Source: Mobula hypostoma (lineage: Eukaryota). From it: a DNA stretch of 64,000 nucleotides. Location of the stretch: positions 44,270,001-44,334,000 of the forward strand of contig NC_086097.1 of NCBI RefSeq assembly GCF_963921235.1. The letters are read 5' to 3'. The position numbers and the translations under genes are program-made. Below, in pieces: positions 1 through 10,392 of the stretch (within the stretch, counting starts at the first letter, position 1; each line of letters begins with the position of its first letter). The notes below the pieces were generated by a model. It made no database searches. It worked only from the letters and a program-made list of their open reading frames with translations, and was not told the DNA's origin.

Positions 1-57
1 AGAGACTGCAATAATTACCGTGGCATCTCTCTTCTGTCAGTTGCGGGAAAATGCCTC

Positions 58-1269
58 GTGAAGATCACCCTTAGACTCTTGGTGTCCAACACCAGTGACA
101 ACATCCTTCCAGAAAGCCAGTGTGGTTTTCGAACAGGCTGTAGTACAATGGACATGATCTTTTCACTGAGGCAGCTCCAAGAGAAATGTGTTGAGCAGCA
201 GAGAAGTCTCTATGTCACATTTGTTGATCTAACCAAAGCGTTTGACACCGTTGGTAGAGATGGCCTGTGGAAGCTCCAACCAAAATTCAGTTGCCCCCCA
301 CACCTAACCAACATCATCCGTCAGTTCCACGAAGGCATGGAAGGCTGCATCAACGTGTGTGGTGAGTTGGCAGACCCATTTTCCATCAGCAATAACGTAA
401 AACAGGGTTGTGTTCTGACTCCTACTCTGTTTGGACTATTCTTCGCTGCTGTTCTTCAGCATGCCACATCAGACCTGAAGTTAGGGGTCTTCCTACAAAG
501 AAGGGCTGATGGTGGGCTCCTCAACCTCACAAGATTGAGAGCAAAAACAAAAGTCAGGGACATTGTGGTGCATGAGCTACAGTTTGCTGATGACTGTGCA
601 CTGGTTGCCCACTCTCTCAAAGACTTACAGGAGATCACCAGTTGCTTTGCTAGTGCAGCCAAAAGCTTCGGACTGACAATCAGTCTGAAAAAGATGGAAT
701 TTTTGTACCAATCGGCTCCTGGCTCAAGCTACGAAGAACCAACTGTCCTCATTGATGACACTCGTCTCAATGCTGTCAACAGGTTTTGCTACCTGGGCAG
801 CATAATAACATCCTCAGCTTCTCTGGATGTAGAGATTGAGTCAAGAACTAGAAAAGCCTGCTTTGCCTTTGGTCAGCTGAAAGATCGAGTTTGGTCACAG
901 AACATCAGGTTGGCCACCGAGTGCAAGGTATACAGGGCGGTTGTCATATCAACCTTATTATACAGATGTGTGACATGGTGTCCATATCAGAGACACTTAT
1001 GCTAGCTTGACCAACTGCAGCAGCACCACCTATGTTCTCTGATGAAGATCACCTGGCGAGACAAGGTCTTCAATACCGAGGTCCTCTCTCGAGCCGGAAT
1101 GCCAGCAGTTTCAACCTTGGTGATGTCAGCCCAACTGTGCTGGGCAGGACATGATGTCAGAATGCCTGATGGAAGACTGCCCAAGGACATCTTGTACAGC
1201 CAACTGTCCAGTGGTACCCGAAAACAAGGAGGCCAGCGACCACGGTACAAGGAACCTCAAGAAAGCTGA
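58..1269 (+). pseudogene. RTE reverse transcriptase domain with in-frame stop at 1003-1005 and downstream frameshift
   Basis: ORFs 58-1005 and 1042-1269 are in the same frame and carry RT motifs. Confidence 0.88.
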
Positions 1270-1451
1270 CATTGCCCCATCAACATGGGAGGATCTGGCT
1301 CAAGATCCTCACAGTGGAGGGATGCCATCAGAAAAGGCGTGGACGCTGCTGAGAACAAGTTCAACAAGGCAACAGAGGAAAGGCACAGGAAGCGTCACAA
1401 CAGAGCTCCTGCCCCTGCTGCCCCTCCAGGCCTCACTTGCCAAGTATGTGG

Positions 1452-2292
1452 TGTTACGTACCCCGTAACTGGGTTGCCAAACCAGCAGAAATGGACCACT
1501 TAGTTGGAGTCTGGATTACTGGAACTAAGAAAGTTTTATTAAAGAAATAAGTAACACAGTACTCTAATTGTAAGGATATAAATGCAATGGGTTATCAATG
1601 ATAAAACACATGTACACAGAACTAGGATAATAGGAATCAATCAAGCTCTATCGCAGTCTAGGGGTAAAATGATCAGTCTCAAGTGATGCAGAGTTCAGTT
1701 CAGCTGAGTACAGTTCGCAGCAATCGCTGTTGTGCCGTTGGATAGAGAGAGAGAGAGCGAATGATAATATGCAAATTGAATTCAGACAGACCTTGATGTT
1801 CCTCCGCAGTTAGCTTTTGGGCGAGCCCTTTTTTAATGTCTTCTGAGGTCACCGACTGTGACCCCTCCATTCCGGATACGATCATCCTTCCGCGGTGAAC
1901 CCGGCACCCAGGCAAGAGCGGACACACACACTAGGTTCCCGCCAATCGTACCTTTTCACCCTGTGCGTCTATGTTGGTCCCGCGACCGGACCTCCAAAGC
2001 TCTCACCAACTTGTGGGGGCACACCGCTCTTCCAGGGTCTCGTTTTCTCGTGATCTCGTGGTGTCTGTCCTGCCTTAGCGAACCTGTTCCTTTTATCCCC
2101 CTGCTGGGGTATCGCCTGTCCATCAAACTTCAAACAGCTCAGGTTCAAAGCAACCGGTCTGTCAATACTCGGAACTGTGTCTCTTTTCGTTAATCTCTCT
2201 CGTCTCTCATTAACATTTCTGAATTCTACTCCATTGTCTCTCTTATCTCTCTCATCAGCATCAATCTTCTGATAACTTGGTCTTTCATCACA
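1452..2292 (-). mobile_element. Solo LTR (841 bp), Gypsy-type, with 4-bp TSD GTGG
   Basis: Termini TGT...ACA; GTGG at 1448-1451 and 2293-2296; AATAAA on the minus strand near 1535; homologous to 63690-64000. Confidence 0.88.
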
Positions 2293-2440
2293 GTGGCAAG
2301 CAGTGCCTGTCAAGGATCGGCCTGTACAGCCACTCCAGGACGCACATATCAAACCCCACTAACTGACTGAAAGGAACCATCATCATCCTATGGGATGGAT
2401 AGCCAGAGAGAGAGAGGGAGAGAGAGAGAGAGAGAGAGAG

Positions 2441-3452
2441 GTTCTGGACATCAACGAGAAGGCTGTTGGTGCAGAGGAAGTCAGCCTCCAGCAGGGGTGT
2501 AGACACCACCACCAACACAAGATTCCAGTGGAGCTTCTGCCCGTTGAAGCACAACACACTCTCACACTTACAAAAAGTTGGGATGGCGCTACCATTTGCA
2601 GCCTCAAGAGACCGTCCATATTCCCCAGTTCCTATGTTCAATTTAGACACCTGCGCACCCGTGTCACAGAGGAAACAACACCCGGAAGCAGAGTCTATAA
2701 CCAACAGCAAGCTGCCTGACTTGCCAACACCCATAGCAACCAACGGCCGCTGGCTGTTCCGTTTCCTGACTCCAGAGCTAACTGCACTTCATGTGGTAGT
2801 TGTTGCAGCAAAAGCTCTCTGAAGATGAAACACAGCTGATGTCCGCCACGGAGGGACAACATGTGGTCCATCAACTCCAATGGCTTGGAGTCGCCTAAGC
2901 CGGGCAGTGAGAGGAGTCGACGGGCGTGCTCAGACTTTGAAAGTTCAAAAGTCTCTAAAACGGAGTTGCTTAGGAGTCTCGTACCTGCCGACTTCCAAGG
3001 TATGCTGTAGGACGCTCATCACCCTGCTCACCGTAGAGCTGTCTAATGCTGCAACGACATAGTAATATTTTGTGTCGTCTTGCGAGATTTGCTGCACTGC
3101 TAACTGGGCCTCTGCCTGAGCAAACCAAACAGCAGCATGTTCCTGCCAGAATTCAGGGAGCTTGAGAGCAACGGCGTTTGCAGTCATGATTATAAAATGA
3201 GTGAAACTGAAATCACTGCGGAATCGTCCAGAGGAGTGTCAGGGTCATCAATGTAGGAGTGTCGACAAAAATCAACATGAGTGTAATTATTTCTAATGTA
3301 CACTTTACTAAGCTCCTCAACAAATGGCAACATCGTATATAACCCCGCCCCAAAAACGTAATAACGTACAACGTAACACGTAATATACATGGCGAACTTA
3401 ACCCTTAACAGCCTGGGTGAACTGTGCATCATGAAACTAAAGAGTCCCTACA
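2441..3452 (-). mobile_element. Decayed Gypsy 5' portion: LTR (3252-3452), degenerate tRNA-Trp-like PBS, gag and protease
   Basis: 201-bp LTR with TGTAGG...CCTACA ends. Adjacent TGATGACCCTGAC resembles the TGGTGACCCCGAC PBS. gag N-terminus MTANAVALKLPEFWQEHAAVWFAQAEAQ (2945-3187); protease motif LCDTGAQVS. Confidence 0.85.
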
Positions 3453-3943
3453 ATATCGGTAACAGTTATGGATAACCAGCACTCATTCCCAGTTGAAGTC
3501 AACGCCTGACAAGTTGCTGTCACGGGATGCCAAAATAAATCCAAAGTATGTGATAATGGTTCCATTGAATTGTGCAGACAAATACTGTGAACAGCTTTAA
3601 AACGTTCTGCACCTGGTATTGTATGTTGCACTAAATCACAGTTAATGAAGTCTACAAGGAAGAAACACTATTACTGTAAGCACAGGGCATCAGCCTAGAA
3701 GGTTGAAAATAAAGGACACAGAAGTCAATGTGGCACAATATCAACAGCAGCGTGTAAATAAACCAAGCAGATGCCAGAGAGTGAGGGGAGCACTGAGAGA
3801 TTTTTGTTGGGCCTGGATGAGCTTAGATCCTCTCCTGCTTTTTGGAAATTCCATTTAGGGACCGACTAGAAGTAGGGTGCTCAAATTTTCTGGATCAGGG
3901 ATATGATTTCTAGGCTAGCATTTATTCCCCTTTCTAACCACCT

Positions 3944-4780
3944 CAGACTCAGAATCAGGTTTAATACCACCGGCATATGTTGTAAAATTTGTTAATTTAG
4001 CAGCAGCAGTTCAGTACAATACATGATAATATAGAAAAAAATGAATAAGTAGATCAATTGCAGTAAGTATATGTATTTTTAATGGCTAAATTAAAAATAG
4101 TAGTGCAAAACAGAAATAATTTTTAAAAAGTGAGGTAGTGTTCAAGGGTTCAATGTCCATTTAGGATTCAGATGGCAAAGAGGAAGAAGCTGTTCCTGAA
4201 TTGCTGAGTGCGTGCCTTCAGGCTTCTGTACCTCCTTCCTGACTAACAATAAGAAGAGGGCATGTCCTGGCTAATGGGGGTCCTTAATAATGGATGCAGT
4301 CTTTCTGAGGCACCGCTCCCTGAAGATGTCTTGGATACTACAGAGGCTAGTAAACACAGATGCTGGGGTCAAAGCAGCACTCACAACATGCTGGAGGAAC
4401 TCAGCAGGTCGGGCAGCATCAGTGGAAGGGTTCCGGCCGGAAACATTGACTGATCCTTTCCACGGATGCTGCCCGACCTGCTGAGTTCCTCCAGTGTGTT
4501 GTGAGTGTTACAGAGGCTAGTACCCATGATGGAATTGACTAATTTTTCAACTTCCTGTAGCTTCTTTCGATCCCCCTAATCCCCCTACCAGCCTGTCAGA
4601 ATGCTGTCCATGGTACATCTATAGAAGTTTGAGTGTCTTAGACAAACCAAGTCTCCTCAAACTCCTAATGAAATATAGCCACTGTCTTGCCTTCTTTATA
4701 GCTGCGTCAATACGTTGGGACCAGATTAGATCCTCAGAGATGTGGACACCCAGGAATATGAACTGCTCACTCTCACTTCT
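3944..4780 (-). mobile_element. Rex1/Babar-type LINE 3' fragment
   Basis: Minus ORF FLGVHISEDLIWSQRIDAAIKKARQWLYFIRSLRRLG; AGAATC-type tail at 3944-3958; same family as 36035-36600. Confidence 0.75.
4353..4508 (-). mobile_element. Penelope pLTR-derived fold-back mini-element with 14-bp TSD
   Basis: Exact TSD TACAGAGGCTAGTA at 4339-4352 and 4509-4522; inverted arms CTGGAGGAACTCAGCAGGTCGGGCAGCATC / GATGCTGCCCGACCTGCTGAGTTCCTCCAG. Confidence 0.85.
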
Positions 4781-4789
4781 ATAAAATGT

Positions 4790-5475
4790 GATAGTTCTGG
4801 TGAAAGTATTCGTACACAAGAGCTAACAGAGGAAGGCATTTCTGGGAGTTTAATCCCCTGATGCAGGGGAAGTGATATATTTCCAAATCGAGATGTTGCG
4901 TGGTTTCTCGGGCAATTGGGTATTTCCATATGCTTGTCCCGTTTGGTGGTAGACGTTCACTGCTGGAGTTGTGTGGTTACAGTGCAACTGCATTGAGCTG
5001 CTGGTGTAGGGAATAGATGCTTAAGGTAGTAGATGTTGCATAATTCAAATGGCTATTTGACCTCAAACACGTCAGACTTAAGTGTTCTCAGGGCTGCACT
5101 CATCCAAACAATTGGAGTGCTTTCCATCGTCGGGCTTGCAGACAGTGGAAAGGATTTGGGGGTGTCAGGGAGTAAGTTATTCGCCACAGGGCACCCAGAC
5201 TCTGATTTACTTTTGTCGCCACAATATTTATGTGGCTGAGCTAGCAGAATTTCTAAAGAATGGTGACCATCGGATATCAGGAGCAGGTGATCAGACTCTC
5301 CCTTGCTGGAGATGACCATTGTCTGAGACTTTTGTGACACAAGTAGCACCTGTTGTTTCACTGTTGTCTGCCCTGTGCTGTGTGTAGGTATGAATTGTTC
5401 TATTCATGAAGGAGTTGGGAGTGATACTGTGCAGTGATCAGCAATCAACCCCATACCTGACCTTCTGATGGATTT
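4790..5475 (-). mobile_element. Old CR1/L2-group LINE C-terminal fragment
   Basis: Minus ORF 5053-5361 (QVLLVSQKSQTMVISSKGESDHLLL...) resembles the post-RT region of CR1-group LINEs. Confidence 0.45.
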
Positions 5476-5489
5476 ATCGCCACAGCCTC

Positions 5490-7215
5490 TGTCCATGAAT
5501 CTTAGTTTCTAGGATACTTTTATTTTTCATCCTCCAATCACTCTTAGACCTTTAAAAAGCTGCTCTCACCCTAACCTATGACAGAGTAACAAAACTATTT
5601 GTGTGGATGAATTAGACAAATTTAGGTGACTTACCACCATTAATGGCATTTGCTTCAAAATTACTCCCTTCTTTGCCTTGCTAATAGTGCACAACTAGAT
5701 GGGAAATTACATAATTTTTTTAGCAACAAAGGAGTTAACTGATTTCAGTTCTTTTCACATGATTTCTATTTTAGCTGTTTAGTCACCTTATCTGTAATTG
5801 TGAACATTTATTTTTACTTCAGTGTTGATTACTCTGTTTTCGTGAGATTTGTGTTGAATAAAGGTTCCTTTACACTTTACGGTAAGAGCTGTTTCTGTTC
5901 ATTTCGAGATCAGACAATCTGTTTTTGAGATGTAGATAGTCTTATAAAGGATCCACGCCAAACTGATATCTTTCGGGATATTGATTTGGCATATGCTGGG
6001 ACAATCACTGATCAATTGACAATGGTACAGAGGTAGATTTCAGAGAATACCTTCCAATCTATTAATCTTTCAACTCTGGGCCTGTCTCATCTATCAGTGC
6101 AGGATGAGCATCATCCATATAACGGAAATTCCAGAGCAATATTGTGCGGCCAGAGATCTGGCATAGCGTGTCTTTTCCCCAAGTTTTCTTTTGAGAGAAT
6201 TCTTCAACAGTGAATCTGTTCTCAAAACTGAAATTATGAAGAAATACACTGCTAGTCCCTTCCAGCCCCATCCTTATTTTCTGTCTGGTTTCCAGCTGTA
6301 GACTTGAGAAGTTTTGTATTCTGAAGTAAGGCTCAGCACTTTCACAAGGAGTATTATGTAATGGATTCATTAAACAATACAGCACAGAAATGGCCTTTCA
6401 GCTGATCTCATCCATGCTGACTGACCAGGATACCGAACTATGCTGATCCTACTTGCTTGCATTTGACCCATGTCTCTCTCTCTACCTTTCCTATCCACGT
6501 ACCTGCCTAAATCTCCTTTAAATTGCACCTGTCTCTACCTCTTACTCAGGCAGCTTGCTCCATATTCCAACCACAAAACTTGCTCCTCAGATCCCCTTTA
6601 AATCTTTCCTCTCTTACCTTTAAATTATGCCTTCTAGTTAAAGACTCTCCTCTCCGGGAAAAAAAAGACGGTGAATATTTACCCTGTCCGTGACAATTGT
6701 AATTTTATGAAGCTCTGTAACGTCATCCATCAGCTGCTTCCACTCCAGGGAAAACAGTCCCAGTCTATCCAATATCGTCTTGTTTGATGGCAAAAACCTA
6801 CTTTCAAGTCTCTTCTACAGGGGATTAAAAAAATGTACTTTAGAAAAACATTATGGTCTGCAGACAGAGTACTTTAATGCACATGGTAAACAAAAAAAAG
6901 GGAATTCTAATGGAGATGCCCATTTTATGAAGAAAAATGCGGTAATACCATCCATAGGAAAAATTCAGGAAGAATCCAGATAAATCTCACATCCTTATTC
7001 CTGTAAGAGGGTGTATATTAGTTAAATATAGCCACTGCACGAGGAATAGAATCCTGCATTTGGACTTCCAGGATCTGTGGAGATTGCTTAAATCTGCATC
7101 GAAAGTTAAATACTTTAGTATCTAACTCAGGGTGAACGAAAAGGCCTCTGAGAAAAAAGGCAGTAAGAAAGCCCCTGCCTCTCAAAGTTTTTTTTAGTAA
7201 ATTTAGTATCAAAGT
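5490..7215 (-). pseudogene. Very old Penelope-like RT remnant, interrupted by a CR1 3' fragment (about 6375-6780)
   Basis: Collinear eroded PLE-like motifs: ILNLLKKTL..RGLFVHP (N-terminal), VFLHNFSFENRF, LLWNFRYMDD (catalytic-like), SDCPSICQINIPK (thumb-like). Confidence 0.45.
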
Positions 7216-7321
7216 AGAATATGTTGCTATATACCTTGTAAATCATTTCATTGCAAGTATTTACAGAAAAAAAATCAACAGAACTTACAAAAAAACTCAT
7301 AACTCATCAGTTAATAACTTA

Positions 7322-7486
7322 CCAGCAGTGATTGATAAGTTCGTGACCTAAGGCAGAAGGAGATGAGTTATTAAATTCAAATTTTCTGCATAATCACTCA
7401 AAGAGTTGAACTGTATGTGCATGTAATGAGAGCTGTATAACTCATCTCCTTCTACCTTAGGCCACAAACTTATCAATCACCCCTCG
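7322..7486. mobile_element. Mariner-type MITE (165 bp) with TA TSD
   Basis: About 45-bp TIRs (GTGATTGATAAGTTCGTGACCTAAGGCAGAAGGAGATGAGTTAT / ATAACTCATCTCCTTCTACCTTAGGCCACAAACTTATCAATCAC); TA on both sides. Confidence 0.8.
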
Positions 7487-7489
7487 TAT

Positions 7490-8275
7490 CTTTTAAATCA
7501 TTCCATTGTGAGTACTTACAGGAAAAAATTCAACAGAATTTATGAAAAACTATACATAAACAGGCAAAGACTGACAAACAGCCAATATGCAAAAGACAAG
7601 CTGTGCAAATTAGAAAATACTGAGAACATGAGTTGTAAAGAGTCCTCAAAAGTGAGTCTGTAGGTTGTAGAATCTGTTCAGAATAGTGGTGAAAAAAGAC
7701 GTTACGTACACTGGTTCAGGAGCCTGACGGTTTTTTAGGAGGAACAGCCAGACCAATAAGCCCACACCACCCAGTTATACCCAAGTGACCAATTAATGTA
7801 ACAACCCATTTGTCTTTGGAATGTGGGACAAACTGGAGCACTTGGGGAAAACCTGGTCACTGGGAGAGCATGCAACCTCCTTACAGACAATGGCGGAAGT
7901 GAAGCTTCTCGCTGGTGTAGCAGTAGCATTACACTAACTGCTACCTATTGTACCTTTGCAGGGCAATAACTGTTCCTGAACCTGGTGTGGGTCCTAAAGC
8001 TTCTGTACCTCCTGCTTGATGGTAGTAGTGAAAAGAGGGCATGGCCTGGATGATGTGGGTCCTTGATGATGGATGTTGCTTTCGTGTGGCAGTGCTCCAT
8101 GTAAATGTCTTCCATGGTGGGGAGGGCTTTGCCTGTGATGGACTGGGCTGTGTCCACCATTTTCTGTAGACTTTTCCATTCCTGAGCTTTGGTGTTTCCA
8201 TACCAGGCCCTGGTACAACCATTTAGGATACTCTCCACTGTGCATCTATACAAGCTTGTCAAAGTTGTTGTTGAC
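7490..8275 (-). mobile_element. Rex1/Babar LINE 3' fragment with an embedded V-SINE piece (about 7740-7940)
   Basis: ORF 7945-8277 (LYRCTVESILNGCTRAWYGN...KDPHHPGHALFSLLPSSRRYRS); V-SINE-like TGTCTTTGGAATGTGGGA block. Confidence 0.75.
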
Positions 8276-9473
8276 ATTATAAATTTATGGTTTAAAACAG
8301 GGCCATTGGCCCACCAGTGTTACATCAATGCTTCCATTTACTTCCTGAGTTTTGGGCACAATACCCAGGCCAGAGCTTGCAGAACCACTGGTGTCTAGAC
8401 TATTTCTATAACACCTGAAGGAAATGCATGGACATCTGCTTCCTTACCTGAGGGCAATTTATTAAAATCCATTAACCATACTGAGTATTTGAAATTGGAC
8501 AGCATTCCCTCTCTGGTTGGATGCATTCCTGAAGGTTTCATTACAAGATCTCTTGTCTCCCATTGTCCTTCCAAGTCAAAATTTTATATTTTCACATTAT
8601 TTTCTTTCAAAAGTGAACTAAAAACTATTATTTTGAATGCCCTTGTGATATTTCTAGCTTGCTCAAATGAGGTTAGTTCAACATTCAAGATTCATTTATT
8701 GTCAAAGAATGTATAAATTATACAATCTTGAGATTTGCTTGCTCAAAGCAAGAAACTCAAAACAACTCAATTAAAAAAAAAGACCAGTACTTGATGTGCA
8801 AGAGAAAGAGAAAACTACAAATCATGTGAACAATGGAAGTGAACAACAGAATTCTGAACCAAAATTGAGTCCTCAGATCCAAACCCTGGAGCAGCCCGGA
8901 GTAGGCCCAAAGCCTCGCTTATCAGTTCATCATATTAGCGTGCATGAAGCACAGCATCCAGGGCAGTCTTCATAGCCTCAGCGCCATGGAGATGACCACT
9001 GTGGAGAAAGAGCCAATGGGCTCTTGTCCCGATCGACACTCTGTCTTTTAAATCTATCTGGGCGTTTAAATGGACCTAAAAGCAGAACAGTGAAAGGCTC
9101 CTACACCCTGGAGAGAAGAGTGAAGATCATGGAGAGCCAGCGAAATTGGCTCTCACTTTTGATCTGGTATGGCATTTAAATTGTCTAAAAAGTGCATTGT
9201 ACCGTGTACTAGGACCCAGGCTGCTGTGAAAGGCCCCAGACCTAGACCACGCCGCCCAGCGACTCACTGTAGGCCCGGATTTCATTCTCCAGCCTGATGA
9301 TACTCTCAAGCTCTTCAGATCAGATCAGCACCCAAAGCGATCCAACCTCGCTCCTGGGTCTGTTGAATGAGCACCGAATGTTCTCTGTTTGGGCCCCGAC
9401 TTCTCCTTTCAGCACCCAGATTGATCCAACCTCACTCCCGGGCCAGTCGTATGGGCATCAAACCTCCATCTGC

Positions 9474-9611
9474 TGTAATGTATTCTGTGAGTATTCGTAG
9501 CGTCAGAGTGCGTATGATGTCAGGATGGCGAGAAGTAAAAAAAAATGGAAGTCTGGTGAATAAACATGGTTGTTCAATCTACAGCGGTGTCCGAGTCACA
9601 TCAATATTACA
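9474..9611 (+). repeat. 5' LTR
   Basis: Direct repeat of 13794-13931 with 12 substitutions in 138 bp by manual alignment; internal AATAAA. Confidence 0.95.
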
Positions 9612-9623
9612 TGGTGTCAGAAG
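9612..9623 (+). promoter_or_regulatory. Primer-binding site complementary to the tRNA-Leu 3' end
   Basis: TGGTGTCAGAAG immediately after the 5' LTR. Confidence 0.8.
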
Positions 9624-9662
9624 AATCGCAAAAAACAAAAAGGAAGAGAAGACACGTAAAAG

Positions 9663-10392
9663 ATGCCAGAGTTACAGCCACCGTCAAGTTTAAGCCTACA
9701 AGGTAATCTTGCTGAGAACTGGAAAATATGGATCCAGAAGTTTGAGCTGTTTTGCACCGCTACCGGCGTAGCTGAAAAGACGGAGAAAGTGCATGTGGCG
9801 GGAGAAGAGGCAATAAAGGTTTGCAGCACGTTTGTCTTCCAAGATGATGAGCAAGATAAAATTAAAGTGTTGAAGAAAAAGTTTCAAGATTACTGCGAAC
9901 AGAGAAAAAATCCAGCGTACATCTGACACCGGTTTTTCATGTGGGCTCAAGGACCAACGGAGACCATAGACGCCAATGTAACAGATTTGAAGAGCAAGAC
10001 AAAAAACTGTGAGTTCAGACAGCTGCATGACTCTTTAATACGTGACAGGATTGTATGCATCATACGAGATGATCAAGTGAGAGGCAGGCTATTGAGAGAG
10101 GCAGATCTTAACATTAGAAAGGGCGATTGATGTTTGTCGTGCCAGCAAGATCATGTCAAGTCAGGTTGAAGTGCTCAGTGAAGAGATTGAAGTGCACAAA
10201 ATAAAAACTGTGAAAACTGACAAGAGTAGGACAAAGCTGGCTCCACAGGATGATCAAAAGGAAGTTAACTGCAACAGATGTGGTTGTAAACATGGATACA
10301 GAAAATGTCCAGCCTTTGGTCAGACATGCAAGTTATGCTAGAAAAGAAATCACTTTGCATGGATATGCAAATCGAAGGAGGACGCAAGGAAA
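9663..10392 (+). pseudogene. gag: Gypsy gag with stops/frameshift and two tandem CCHC knuckles
   Basis: MPELQPPSSLSLQGNLAENWKIWIQKF; DSLIRDRIV; CNRCGCKHGYRKC followed by CKLC*KRNHFAWIC. Confidence 0.88.

Larger units (their letters stand above)
1..2440 (+). mobile_element. RTE-clade LINE (3' half), decayed, split by a solo LTR; ends in an (AG)n tail
   Basis: ORF 58-1005 has non-LTR RT motifs (PESQCGFR, FVDLTKAFDTV, VKQGCVL, LQFADD). The frame continues past the stop (LCWAGHDVRMPDGRLPKDILY). The C-terminal C2H2 finger TCQVCG|KQCLSRIGLYSHSRTH is reconstituted across 1452-2292. (AG)n at 2405-2440. Confidence 0.9.

Noticed and set aside
2288..2719. ORFs with poly-ER or poly-SL runs
   Set aside because: Read-through of the RTE (AG)n tail; only the Gypsy protease part is meaningful
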